A stretch of DNA of 64,000 nucleotides from a virus (IMGVR_UViG_3300031993_000004:128001-192000), one strand, 5' to 3'; positions 20,300 to 30,246 are shown, numbered from the stretch's first letter. Notes: a model not told the origin generated them from the letters alone. Made by a program: numbers and translations.

Positions 20300-21025
20300 A
20301 TGGTTTTATTTAATCGAGATGAACTTCCGGAAATGTATACAAAAACATTGTGGATGAATCCGGATATTGAATATGTGTTTGATAAGAACATCGTCGAGTA
20401 TGATATGCAGTCTGCATCACTGTCGGTATCCCGCAGATTTCATTTGATCCCTGACAAAGAATTGGACCAGATGGTTCGGATGCCAAAAGAGAAACGAACC
20501 AAAGCAATCGGTTTACGCCAGCGTGACGATAAAGAGTTCTCCGAGAACATGATTAATGGAATTCTGCAAACTAGAAAAGAATTCATCGAAATAAATCATT
20601 TGACCGCATCCGAAATCGTTACCTTACATTCAGATGCGTCAATATTCATCCAAAAGCGTCCAGTCATCGCAGACATTGACGGTGTGCCATTCATCAACAA
20701 GAATTGTTGGTCATCCTATTTACGATATGGGCGTGTGGAAATGTTCTATAAGGACGGTGTGATTGATTATAAAGGTATTCCGAAACAGATGTTACAACAG
20801 CACACGCTTGGAATGAATCAGTATCTTCTTAAGATATTCCGCATGCTCGAGGACAAAGATGAGGAGATTTATACGTTTATCACCAGATTCCAAAAACAAT
20901 ATCTCCAAGAACAGTTGCCGGAGTACTATTACATTGCATTCGGTAATACCGGCAAATACAAAGCCGAAAATCTAAATCTATTGTCATTCGTCGCAAACAT
21001 TGTGATGAAAGAGGTGAGGTGTTAA
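20300..21025 (+). CDS. Small family-B DNA polymerase-like protein (palm/fingers only)
   Basis: IVEYDMQSASLS (motif A-like), KRTKAIG (motif B-like), LHSDASIF (motif C-like) and DYKGI. Only 241 aa. Confidence 0.5.
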   Translation: MVLFNRDELPEMYTKTLWMNPDIEYVFDKNIVEYDMQSASLSVSRRFHLIPDKELDQMVRMPKEKRTKAIGLRQRDDKEFSENMINGILQTRKEFIEINHLTASEIVTLHSDASIFIQKRPVIADIDGVPFINKNCWSSYLRYGRVEMFYKDGVIDYKGIPKQMLQQHTLGMNQYLLKIFRMLEDKDEEIYTFITRFQKQYLQEQLPEYYYIAFGNTGKYKAENLNLLSFVANIVMKEVRC

Positions 21026-21029
21026 CAAT

Positions 21030-21692
21030 ATGACAATCTATGAGTTTTCATGGAGGCCTTTGAAATATGATCCGATTGTAGAAAAAGATAATCCATATAA
21101 CTCAGTCAAATATGTTCAGACGCATGATGAAAAATTGATGAGGATGTTTCTTACACAGCACGGTTTTGATCCAGATACGCCAAATGTGAAAGTCATTGAA
21201 GATCCGCAATATAATGATGATGATACGATTGCGTTACATACATATCAAATTAGCTCACGGGAACGTGGTAAAGTATATAAAATCACAACAACATATGAAA
21301 TTATGGAGCATATCATAAATGAGATTGCATATGAACTGAATCAAGCCATGACGTTCGGATCATGTGCTCTCAAATGCGAAATTCAATTGTTCGACAGAAT
21401 TCAGGAATTGATGGATGAATTGGACTATGTTTACATTCAAGAAACAAACTCAGCAAATGCGTCTGGATTTGATGAGATGGCAGAATATGGATACTATCGT
21501 GTATCAGGACGCATTCCAGATATTGATTATGAGGAACTATCACGGGATGATCAACGAGATACCGTCTTTGGAGATTTAATCGAAACGGTGAGCGACAATA
21601 AATTATTACCGATTCCGATTACAATCGAATCGTACGTCTCGTTCTTTACAGAAATATATCTTATTGGAAAGGAAGTAAAGAAACATGGCTAA
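21030..21692 (+). CDS. Hypothetical protein (220 aa, acidic)
   Basis: RBS GAGGTG, in an operon with its neighbours. Confidence 0.8.
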   Translation: MTIYEFSWRPLKYDPIVEKDNPYNSVKYVQTHDEKLMRMFLTQHGFDPDTPNVKVIEDPQYNDDDTIALHTYQISSRERGKVYKITTTYEIMEHIINEIAYELNQAMTFGSCALKCEIQLFDRIQELMDELDYVYIQETNSANASGFDEMAEYGYYRVSGRIPDIDYEELSRDDQRDTVFGDLIETVSDNKLLPIPITIESYVSFFTEIYLIGKEVKKHG

Positions 21693-22083
21693 AAAGCCTG
21701 CACCCACATTGGCGGAGTTGGTTGATTCCCATCGACCAAAAAACTTTAAGTACTATTATTATTTCCATGATCCAAAAGATCTGGAACAGCTTGAAGCAAA
21801 TGGGTATGACATAACTACGATTGACACAATTTGCAATCCAGCGTTGATCAAGGCTGCACAATCAGCTTCATTCAAGTACTATGAGCGTGATATCGTTGCA
21901 CATGCCAAAGAACCAACAATCCTTGAAAAAGGTGTCATCATGACAAAGAAGATGGCGACCAAGACGGATAAGAAATTATCACAGGTTGGTGTTGGATTCT
22001 TTGAGTTGAATGACGTTGAGTATGTCGCAGTCAAACTCTGTTATGAGAAATTCGACATCTATGAGATTTTCATATTAACATAA
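21685..22083 (+). CDS. Hypothetical protein (132 aa)
   Basis: RBS AAGGA. Overlaps the upstream stop and is followed by a terminator. Confidence 0.8.
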   Translation: MAKKPAPTLAELVDSHRPKNFKYYYYFHDPKDLEQLEANGYDITTIDTICNPALIKAAQSASFKYYERDIVAHAKEPTILEKGVIMTKKMATKTDKKLSQVGVGFFELNDVEYVAVKLCYEKFDIYEIFILT

Positions 22084-22088
22084 AACAA

Positions 22089-22128
22089 GGATATGTGGGG
22101 GCGCGAGGCCCCCACATATTCTTTTTTT
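22089..22128. terminator. Terminator between convergent genes
   Basis: ATATGTGGGGG...CCCCCACATAT followed by TCTTTTTTT. Confidence 0.8.
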
Positions 22129-22136
22129 GTTGTTGA

Positions 22137-23243
22137 TTAGCCCGGAGCAGCGTCGGATGCATACGGATTCGAGATATCCGTATAAGTTCCTTCCGGCGTG
22201 TTGTAGATCTTGGAGTGATCGCTCGGTGTGATCGTCGTCTCGGGTTTTGCCTGACGAGAAACACGCTGATTGTTCGTACGGAAAACAGGGATGTTTCCGA
22301 CTCCAGACTGAACAGCGTCGAGGTCCGGTCTCTTGCCCTTGTTGAACATATCGGTGTTGATATCTCCATAGGTGGTAGGATTCGTATCGGTGAAGAATGC
22401 GTCTCCAGCACCAGGGTTGTAGTTCATCTTGTTTCCGAACACGGCGAATTGCTGCACGTATCTGGTCGCAAGATCGTTGACGTATGCAGACTCGACGAAC
22501 TGGCAGTTGTACTGCAGGGTCAGGGTCTGAAGCTGAGATGTACCAGAAGCGTTGGAGTTGAAGATATCGTATCCAACCTTTCCGGACGGCACACAGCCAA
22601 GTGCCATCAGAGCACCCTCAACACGTGCACCGGAACGATCCAGCGCGATGATGAGGAACTCGGCGACTTCCCATGCAGGGGACGGCTCCAGTGCAACAGT
22701 GGATCCACCGCCGTTTGCAGGTGCAAAGATTCTCTGCGGAATACGGTTAGCATCCACAGATCCAGCAACCAGACCATGATAGTGCGTGAGACCAGTGATC
22801 TCATCAGCAATACCATCGATCCACATGTTGTGGAAGTTTGCAGCCGGACGACCAACCAATTCAGGAATGGTAATCTGGAGCGACTGGTTGTTGTTTGCAT
22901 TCTGCTGGGTCGGGATCGGAATGCTTCTGGAAGCAAAGCCGCCCTGCAGGTTCGTCGTTGCCAGCGAATGGTCGCCAGCATTTACCGTAATACCCGTGTT
23001 GTAGTACTCGATGAGCTTCTTATACGTTGCGAACTCTTTGTTCGTGTACGCATTCGAACCTTCGCCGAAGTAATGCATCAGGAAATAGGGTCCACGATAC
23101 ATGACACAGATAACACGGTTTGTAGTCTCGGGGTTGAGACTCCGGAGTGTATGTACATCCGGAGTCAGGCCGCCGAGCATACCTGTGTATTGTGAAAGGT
23201 CTCCGTTGTATTCACGGATACCTGTCTGAAGGCTAATTGCCAT
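22137..23243 (-). CDS. Tail tube protein (putative)
   Basis: Directly downstream of the sheath gene, 368 aa, strong RBS. Contains NFHNMWIDGIADEITGLTHYHG and has the same C/G-ending codon bias as the sheath. Confidence 0.65.
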   Translation of the reverse strand: MAISLQTGIREYNGDLSQYTGMLGGLTPDVHTLRSLNPETTNRVICVMYRGPYFLMHYFGEGSNAYTNKEFATYKKLIEYYNTGITVNAGDHSLATTNLQGGFASRSIPIPTQQNANNNQSLQITIPELVGRPAANFHNMWIDGIADEITGLTHYHGLVAGSVDANRIPQRIFAPANGGGSTVALEPSPAWEVAEFLIIALDRSGARVEGALMALGCVPSGKVGYDIFNSNASGTSQLQTLTLQYNCQFVESAYVNDLATRYVQQFAVFGNKMNYNPGAGDAFFTDTNPTTYGDINTDMFNKGKRPDLDAVQSGVGNIPVFRTNNQRVSRQAKPETTITPSDHSKIYNTPEGTYTDISNPYASDAAPG

Positions 23244-23269
23244 GACTATTTCTCTCCTTTCTCAAAGCA

Positions 23270-26200
23270 TTAGACCAACGTAGCACGTCTGTTGACGTTC
23301 ACGATGACCGGGATGCGGAGATTGATGCCACGGAAGACGACGTCGACATAGCAAACAATGAGTTCGCCACCATCAAGCGGATTGATATCGCGCTCGAAGT
23401 GGATATCGAGAGAATCGACAAGGTTGCCGACCCAGTTCGTGAACAGATTGTTCACCTCGTCCTGCATCGTTCTGAGGAACGAATCGTCGTTGTACTCGAA
23501 GAGCTTCTCCTCGAGCTTGTCCTGCAGGATGTAGACAAGCTGAGTGAGGGTTCTCATGTTGGACTCCTGGATCAGGTCGGACGTATCCGAAGATCTGTAC
23601 AGGGTTCTCTGAGAACGACGCATGATTGCACCATTCTTGTCAGGAATCCAGGCGTTACCGCCGGAGTTGTACATGAGCTGACGATAATCCCAGTCAGTGG
23701 TGTCAATGTCCGGGAAGTAGGACGTGTACTCGGTACGATCGATCTTGCTGTACGTGTTGACGAACGGCTTATTGACCGAGAACGTCTGGCAGTGACGGAA
23801 GAGATTGTCGACAATTCTCTTCATATAGGTATACGGCAGACCATCCACGCTGGAGTAGTAACCACCGATATCCCAAGAAGCGTTCGGGTTATTGAAGCGC
23901 TTCTGGAAGGAATTGTTGATCGTGAGTGCCATGGTAGCATCCGTGACACCGGAGTCGAGATGCAACGACATACCGGAACCAGGTCCAACAGGGCGCATAT
24001 CCTCAGGCATACCCGTATAAATACGGTAATCCATCAGATCATACATTGCCTGCTTGACGTCGATTTCAGCACTCTGTGCATTCCAACCAGCAGTCAGATC
24101 AGGCTCGTAGAGAACCTCATCTTTCTCCTCAGCGGTGAAGATGGTAGACGCATTGATCAGATCAGCTGCACTGTACGCCATAGACGGAAGAGCAGACTGA
24201 CCAACAACGGTGTTCCAACCGCCGTCGAAGAGGTACTTCGCAGGAACGCGGTTCGGAGACATGATTCTCGGGTCGATACGGCCGCGGAATGCTTCAACGA
24301 GCAGCTTGGAGTAGTTCCACTTGTACTCGATATCAGACATCTCGGAAGTGCCGTAATCATCGAAGAATCCCGTACTACCATCATGCAACTTCACATCGTC
24401 CGAAGAAGCTGTGACGTTGATACCATAAGAGGTAGAATAGTAGTTCGCCGGAATGTCAATCGCATTCTGCTGCGTGCGATACAAGGAACCGATGGTTCCG
24501 ATGACGGTGAAACGAGTGATCTTCGTTGCAGAACGTGCATCCTGAACGTAAGTGAAATCACCCTGAACCAGCTTGAATGTGAAGCCGCCCAGAACGAGAT
24601 CTGTTGTATCATCCGGAACATTTCTGTCGATGTTCCATTCACCGTTCGAATTCTGATAGTACCAACGCAGAATCTGATCGTTGCTGGAAATATCAGTCAG
24701 AAGCACATAGGCAGAGCCTGTGCTCTTGTAGAACTTCGGATCGGAAGGATCGGTGATATCCTTGAATGCGCTCCACTTCGAAATGTCCGTCGTCTTGTCA
24801 TACTTGCTGGTCTCAGCCAGGTTATAACGTGCGAAGAACTCCGGAGCAGCGAGCTGTCTGTAGTAAGTATTTGCAGCCCAATCCGGTGCAGGATCAGATT
24901 CCGGAACTGCGACATATTCACCGTTCGACTTCGTAAAGTACGTGGTGTATGTCGTGCCCCAGTCTGCCGGCTCACTCATGGTCAGCTCATACTCACTGTA
25001 GTATGCGTCATACAGATCGAGTGCGACGAAGACGGTCATGCCGTTGACGCCGATCGAATTGTTGTAGTAGTTCTTGGAGATTTCCTCATTGGTGAACTCT
25101 TCAAGAGTGATCTTTGTGTCAGCAATTGCCTTAGACGCATTGAAGAGGAAACGATGGCTTTCAGGAATCCAACCGAGAACGCGGTTCTCAATCTTCTTTC
25201 CATCAGCACCAGTGACGGTTTCCTCAACGGTGTCGTTGATGTTGTACGCGACAGCATCGGTCTCAGAGACACAGCATGCATCATACTGAGAACCAACGAC
25301 GTTGGTTGCGACGAGGGTTGTAGTAGTTGGCGGCTGGCCATACTTCAGAACATTTGCGAGAGATCTGTCCTCGACAGTATACTTCACCGCAACGTTCGTG
25401 CCCTCTGCAGGATCCCACTCAGTGAATCCGGCGTTCACCCATACAGGTGTGGTCGGATCGGTCGGAGTAGAGAATGCTGCATCAACGTTGATGCATGTTG
25501 CACCAGCACGGTTGTATGCATCACCGTAACCGGTGCCATACTCACCGCCGACGAGACCAATCACATTGCCGACGTTCTCCATCAGTTTCCATGCGATAAA
25601 GTCATAGCCGTTGACGTTTGCGTTCTCAGGATCATCCGGATTGAAGTATGCAAGGAGTGAAGTTTCGAGATCAGCATTGACTTCAGCAACGTATGCATCA
25701 GTCTTAGCCAGATCAACAGAACCGTCCTTGACATAATACAGATTCCAGGTGCCGGTTTCCGTATTATACCATGCAACAGTATCGTTGTCCTTCACATAGC
25801 CCTTGCGCAGCTTCTTGCAGACTTCGGAGACAAATGTGATTTGCTCCTTAGCCTCGCAGAGATATGCAAGCTTGGAGTCGACGCCAGAGATCGAACGGTC
25901 TGCCGACTTAAAGCGGAGCATATTCGTTCTGACAGTCGTAACACCGCTCGTGTACTGGTTGATGCCAGCAACGATATAGATGTACGGATTGGTGTTAGAA
26001 GTGATTCCGCCGTACAGATACACATCGCCGAGGAATACTGCGTTCGGATCGAACACGCCGCTGTCATCAGTCGGAGCAACCTTGATACCAGTTGTCAGAT
26101 CGACAAGGTATTTGGACACTTCGCCTTCGATGTTGACCGGATGCTCAGGATCTTCAGAATCAGTGTAGTACACTCTCTGAGACTCAGCAAGCTCCGGACG

Positions 26201-27211
26201 GTCAGATGTACGCATGTCAATCTGCAGGAACGGAAGACGTGCGTTCGAATCAGTTCCATCATAGAGATACAGGCCGAAGATCGGATCGAACGTATTCACG
26301 TTCAGAGTCGCGTATACTTCGTTCTCATACTCAGTGAACTTGTTGCTGTTGTCATTCTTCATCTCAGCGTAGTGCTCGCGGTAGACGTTGTACAGCTCCT
26401 GAACTGCTTCCTCATTGAGGAACGGAACAACAACTGACGAACCTTCGACACGCTTACCGATGACGATATTGACCGGATCGATCGCATCATCACGGCTGTT
26501 GCTGATGTTCACCAGAGAAGCGTGGAACTTCTCGGTGACGAGATTGGTCATGCTGTCAATCGTGCTGAAGAGATAACGGACATTTGCCGGTCTCTTTGCC
26601 TGAACAGTCTGTTCGATCGTAGTGGTATATCTGTTATAAGCAGAACCACGACCAGCCGAGACATTGACCAGAAACGCACGGCGTGCATCCCACTTCTCGC
26701 CAGTATCATCCAGGAAGTTGTTCTTCTTGCAGTGCTTCTTGATGTAGTCTGCGAGGCGCTGCTTGTTCTGGAAGTTCACGAGATCCAGATCGTTCTCCAG
26801 AGAGTACGTGCCGTACCGGACATGAAGAAGCTTGTTCTCTCTGTCCCAACGCCATTCGACCGTGATGCAAGAGTATGCATATGTTGCGTCAGGCGGAGTG
26901 ATACGGAGCAGCTGTACAGGAGCTCCCTGATCGATGATGGACAGAGGATACGTGATCGTCTGACCATACTTCTTGATGTCAGAAGCACCGATCTTGCCGA
27001 GACCATATGCAACACTGAGGATATCCGACCGTGTAACCTGAATCACTTTGCCGTCTTCACCCATAGGGAAGCCTGCGACAACGATGGTTCCATACATAGA
27101 CGGATCTTGCGCCACGACAACCGGGAGATCGCCAGTGTACGAAGAATTGTCCACAATGTGAACGAGAGTATGAGGAAATGAATATTTCATCCCAAACTTC
27201 GTATCAAGCAT
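23270..27211 (-). CDS. Contractile tail sheath protein with large insertion
   Basis: N-terminal FPHTLVHIVDNS...GEDGKV..YGQ. C-terminal SQRTLY...SDLIQESNMRTL...CYVDVVFRGINLRIPVIVNVNR is typical of sheaths. 1313 aa. Confidence 0.82.
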   Translation of the reverse strand: MLDTKFGMKYSFPHTLVHIVDNSSYTGDLPVVVAQDPSMYGTIVVAGFPMGEDGKVIQVTRSDILSVAYGLGKIGASDIKKYGQTITYPLSIIDQGAPVQLLRITPPDATYAYSCITVEWRWDRENKLLHVRYGTYSLENDLDLVNFQNKQRLADYIKKHCKKNNFLDDTGEKWDARRAFLVNVSAGRGSAYNRYTTTIEQTVQAKRPANVRYLFSTIDSMTNLVTEKFHASLVNISNSRDDAIDPVNIVIGKRVEGSSVVVPFLNEEAVQELYNVYREHYAEMKNDNSNKFTEYENEVYATLNVNTFDPIFGLYLYDGTDSNARLPFLQIDMRTSDRPELAESQRVYYTDSEDPEHPVNIEGEVSKYLVDLTTGIKVAPTDDSGVFDPNAVFLGDVYLYGGITSNTNPYIYIVAGINQYTSGVTTVRTNMLRFKSADRSISGVDSKLAYLCEAKEQITFVSEVCKKLRKGYVKDNDTVAWYNTETGTWNLYYVKDGSVDLAKTDAYVAEVNADLETSLLAYFNPDDPENANVNGYDFIAWKLMENVGNVIGLVGGEYGTGYGDAYNRAGATCINVDAAFSTPTDPTTPVWVNAGFTEWDPAEGTNVAVKYTVEDRSLANVLKYGQPPTTTTLVATNVVGSQYDACCVSETDAVAYNINDTVEETVTGADGKKIENRVLGWIPESHRFLFNASKAIADTKITLEEFTNEEISKNYYNNSIGVNGMTVFVALDLYDAYYSEYELTMSEPADWGTTYTTYFTKSNGEYVAVPESDPAPDWAANTYYRQLAAPEFFARYNLAETSKYDKTTDISKWSAFKDITDPSDPKFYKSTGSAYVLLTDISSNDQILRWYYQNSNGEWNIDRNVPDDTTDLVLGGFTFKLVQGDFTYVQDARSATKITRFTVIGTIGSLYRTQQNAIDIPANYYSTSYGINVTASSDDVKLHDGSTGFFDDYGTSEMSDIEYKWNYSKLLVEAFRGRIDPRIMSPNRVPAKYLFDGGWNTVVGQSALPSMAYSAADLINASTIFTAEEKDEVLYEPDLTAGWNAQSAEIDVKQAMYDLMDYRIYTGMPEDMRPVGPGSGMSLHLDSGVTDATMALTINNSFQKRFNNPNASWDIGGYYSSVDGLPYTYMKRIVDNLFRHCQTFSVNKPFVNTYSKIDRTEYTSYFPDIDTTDWDYRQLMYNSGGNAWIPDKNGAIMRRSQRTLYRSSDTSDLIQESNMRTLTQLVYILQDKLEEKLFEYNDDSFLRTMQDEVNNLFTNWVGNLVDSLDIHFERDINPLDGGELIVCYVDVVFRGINLRIPVIVNVNRRATLV

Positions 27212-27332
27212 TATTTTTTCTCTCCTTTTCTATAGATTTTGGATATTGTAATTACGAGGAAACAGCATGAAGAATCGCGTTTCATGCGGGAATAACCTCA
27301 CAATTATCATTTTGTGTGAGGTATATTAATAG

Positions 27333-27354
27333 TGGCGGGGCCGAAGCCCCGCCA
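27333..27354 (-). terminator. Hairpin/terminator with cUUCGg loop
   Basis: TGGCGGGGC-ttcg-GCCCCGCCA on the minus strand right after the 27360 stop. Confidence 0.7.
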
Positions 27355-27359
27355 TCTTA

Positions 27360-28319
27360 TTAAAGTCCGAGTTCGTCTCTGGTTTTAACGGGATATGATT
27401 CCATATATTCATCAGTCGCAGTCTTTGTTGACATGTCCAGGTTTGTTATCCTCGCACTTGGGACCGGATATTCGGATAACACATCGCCGTCTTTGTTGAC
27501 AGTAACAAATTCGCGGTCCGATTCATCATCTCCGATAACGACATACGTTGTCGGCTCTTCGGATTCGAATGCAGTTGTTGATGCGACACTGCCCTCGTCG
27601 ATGATATTGTTCAGAACAGATGCCGCTTGATCAAGACTGACCGTCGGATAATTGTCGGCAACAACCGGCTCGCTGTCTTGCGTCATAGACGGCACTTTGA
27701 AAATATCGTCCAACATGGAACGACCAACAGAGTACACATCTGTCTTTGTAGCAGGTCCAGCCTGTGCTCCAGGTGCAACAGCGCCAGCAGCTTGCTGCTG
27801 TTTGATTTTCAATTCCGCAATCGTCTTCTTCACGTTAATCTGCTTCTCCTGAATTGCCATGAGTGTTGACCGAGCTGATGTCAATGCTTGCATCGCAGCA
27901 ATGTCATCTTCATTCAAACCAAACTTGCCTTTGTCGTTATAGCTTTCCATAGCTTTCCGTTCAAAGACTTTGATCAGTTTGGCTTGATCAGCAGCCATTG
28001 TTTTCAATGCAGCAACATCGGCAGTGAAAATCTTGTTCGGTTCAACCTTTTCCTGAAGCGGTCCAAGTTCCATTCCTGCCTGGAGTGCATTCATGACATC
28101 TGACACACCGCCCCATTGTCCAACATACGGACGAATGTATCCATCCATATTAGGGTTGAACTTTGGTCGTGTTGTAAAAGATGCATGACGTTGGAGCCAT
28201 GCGTTCGGATCCGTTTGAGCAAGATCCCAAGCCGGTTGTGGTTGTTGATGATATTCATCAGCCGCTTGCTCAAATGAACGCACTTGATTCAGTGTATTGA
28301 ATGCGTCCAACATACTCAT
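27360..28319 (-). CDS. Hypothetical protein (about 319 aa, coiled-coil middle)
   Basis: RBS AAAGGAG before ATG 28319. The longer start in the ORF track crosses a terminator. Confidence 0.8.
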   Translation of the reverse strand: MSMLDAFNTLNQVRSFEQAADEYHQQPQPAWDLAQTDPNAWLQRHASFTTRPKFNPNMDGYIRPYVGQWGGVSDVMNALQAGMELGPLQEKVEPNKIFTADVAALKTMAADQAKLIKVFERKAMESYNDKGKFGLNEDDIAAMQALTSARSTLMAIQEKQINVKKTIAELKIKQQQAAGAVAPGAQAGPATKTDVYSVGRSMLDDIFKVPSMTQDSEPVVADNYPTVSLDQAASVLNNIIDEGSVASTTAFESEEPTTYVVIGDDESDREFVTVNKDGDVLSEYPVPSARITNLDMSTKTATDEYMESYPVKTRDELGL

Positions 28320-28383
28320 ACTAATCATCTCCTTTAAATAGTATATGAGATTACTCTCAATACTGTAGAGTTTAAAAGCGACA

Positions 28384-28420
28384 GCATAATTACGTGGGGC
28401 ACAAGGCCCCACGTAATGCT
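28384..28420 (-). terminator. Terminator after RNAP beta' N-half
   Basis: 12-bp stem ATTACGTGGGGC/GCCCCACGTAAT. Confidence 0.75.
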
Positions 28421-28425
28421 TTTCA

Positions 28426-29931
28426 TTATTCGAGTTTCGTAAGTCCATACAGACCATTCAAACATTCCTTTTCAATTGGGAATGCCGCGGTCAAATCCGT
28501 ACGAACACAATAGATTTTAGAGTACATCATTTCTTCTGCTTGTTTATTCGCTTCATCAGACCAGATTCCTGTACTCTTGACAGTATCACCATCATAGTCA
28601 CCACCGATGTTCACCAATCGAGCATTCGACATCTGGAGAACGTCAATGAATTGTGTTGATACTTTTGCATGGTTCATTTCCGGATCAACAACGGGATATG
28701 TGTCATACTGTTCTCCATTGAACTGAACCGGAATTGTTGTGTTTGTTGACAGCACATGGACCTTTGTAAAGAATGCACCGTACAAGTCGCCAATCGGATA
28801 TCGCACGGTGTAAACATGTCGGTCGGCCTTCACTGTTGCCGCGTAGCAGCATAGATAAATGACGTCAGTTAATGTCAGTGGCCTGGAAATGGACTCATTG
28901 GTTTGTGTATTTACAGCGTTGAATATAATTGGGGTCTTATTTTCTGGATCCGCATACAAAATACGGAATCTGCTTCCCGGATTCAGCATGAAGATCTTGA
29001 TCAGATCATCGATTTCTCTGTCATCATAGATGTTATCAATATCAGAACGTTTGATTTGATCTGGATTTGAATGGAATGTGATGATGTTATCATATGAAAG
29101 GAATTGTTTCATATTGAACTTCACAAATGGACGGAACATTGAAAGAATTGACATCAATGGATATCCGGTGCGGAATATACCAACCGGTGTATTATCCGTT
29201 CGATATGATGGTGCTGAGATAACATTACGAACAGTACCAATAGTATTCTTTGCCAACAGGTTTCTTTGGAAGTATCCATTCTTCGTTCCACACAATTTAT
29301 GAATGTATGAATAGATTTCAATGACGGTATCTTGAATCTGGTTGTGTGCTTTGTGAACTGTCGTCGTGACATGCGTTGTGACGGACTTGAAACCAATGAG
29401 CTTCATATAAATAGTATTCAGCTCGGATTTGATTTGACGCCCATTGCGCATACCAGTAGGACGCATAGCGGGTGGCAATACGAGAACCTTATCGACAAAA
29501 AGAAGACGTTTTGGTGTCCGTGTCAGAATCTTAATGTTCTCATCGCGTTTTGTCTTCAGTGTTTTTGCGATATCGATTTGATCCCAAATGTTATACAAAT
29601 CGACAAAACCACAGTATTTACCACTTTCATTTTCAACAAGCACGCCATCAATCAAATCACATCTGATTTCGGCATATGCAAGTTTGCGGATGATACCACC
29701 GGAACGAAGAATGATTGTCTTTGCAATATGCGGATTGAACACATGAATTGGCAACTTGATATATCCGCATCTGTACTTCTGTTCTTCTTCTGTTTGACCA
29801 AAGATTTCTTCTGAGAACAGGCCAAACGGGTTATATTGGTTCGTTGATCGATATATCTGAGGTGATGTAACTTCTTGCCAGTTATTCACCTTAATTGCAT
29901 AATCCATATCATAGAGACCCTGAATTTGCAT
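28426..29931 (-). CDS. RNA polymerase beta' subunit, N-terminal half with catalytic motif (probably virion RNAP)
   Basis: Contains GLFSEEIFG, CGYIKLP, VLPPAMRP, KNGYFQRNLLAK, RYP and the catalytic GGDYDGD. ATG 29931 has RBS AAGGAGG and is preceded by the late-type motif. Confidence 0.92.
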   Translation of the reverse strand: MQIQGLYDMDYAIKVNNWQEVTSPQIYRSTNQYNPFGLFSEEIFGQTEEEQKYRCGYIKLPIHVFNPHIAKTIILRSGGIIRKLAYAEIRCDLIDGVLVENESGKYCGFVDLYNIWDQIDIAKTLKTKRDENIKILTRTPKRLLFVDKVLVLPPAMRPTGMRNGRQIKSELNTIYMKLIGFKSVTTHVTTTVHKAHNQIQDTVIEIYSYIHKLCGTKNGYFQRNLLAKNTIGTVRNVISAPSYRTDNTPVGIFRTGYPLMSILSMFRPFVKFNMKQFLSYDNIITFHSNPDQIKRSDIDNIYDDREIDDLIKIFMLNPGSRFRILYADPENKTPIIFNAVNTQTNESISRPLTLTDVIYLCCYAATVKADRHVYTVRYPIGDLYGAFFTKVHVLSTNTTIPVQFNGEQYDTYPVVDPEMNHAKVSTQFIDVLQMSNARLVNIGGDYDGDTVKSTGIWSDEANKQAEEMMYSKIYCVRTDLTAAFPIEKECLNGLYGLTKLE

Positions 29932-29957
29932 ATCTTTCCCTCCTTCAGGATATAAAG

Positions 29958-29972
29958 TTACAAAAACGTTTT
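29958..29972 (-). promoter_or_regulatory. Late-type promoter motif AAAACG-N6-TAA
   Basis: AAAACG-tttttg-TAA. The same motif occurs at 39074 (+) and 55753 (-). Confidence 0.5.
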
Positions 29973-29978
29973 TAAGAT

Positions 29979-30135
29979 AAAAGATAAGTTGCGGGGCCGA
30001 AGCCCCGCAATAAAATGAGATTAGGGACGCTGTGCTGGATAACACAGCGTGATGACGGAGAATACAAATGAATTACAATGGATCAAAATCAATCATCGTC
30101 CGGCGAAAGACGATTTGGTTCATTTGCATGAACTT
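29979..30135 (-). ncRNA. Candidate small RNA (about 155 nt) with its own terminator
   Basis: A minus-oriented cUUCGg terminator (29989-30010) has no upstream minus-strand gene. Hairpins TGCAAATGAA/TTCATTTGTA, ATCGTC/GACGAT and ACGCTGTG/CACAGCGT lie upstream of it. A GACA-N6-TAA promoter-like motif sits at 30134-30146. Confidence 0.55.
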
Positions 30136-30157
30136 ATTTTTTTGTCTGCTAAATAGA

Positions 30158-30172
30158 TATATTATTTTCGCG
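30158..30172 (+). promoter_or_regulatory. Early-type promoter for the gyrB/RNAP beta' operon
   Basis: TATATTAT-tttcgc-G. Confidence 0.65.
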
Positions 30173-30246
30173 TCATGGGAAGTGTATAATCTTTAGCTTC
30201 TCTGAACAAACAAATACAATTTTGTTGCGAAAGGCGGGTTTTTATC

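Noticed and set aside
23399-25660. 753-aa plus-strand ORF antisense to the sheath gene (also 22215..23195, 2811..4238, 32471..33442 and similar)
   Set aside because: These are shadow ORFs expected from strong codon bias (few TTA/CTA/TCA codons) in the real genes. They have no RBS and no recognisable motifs.
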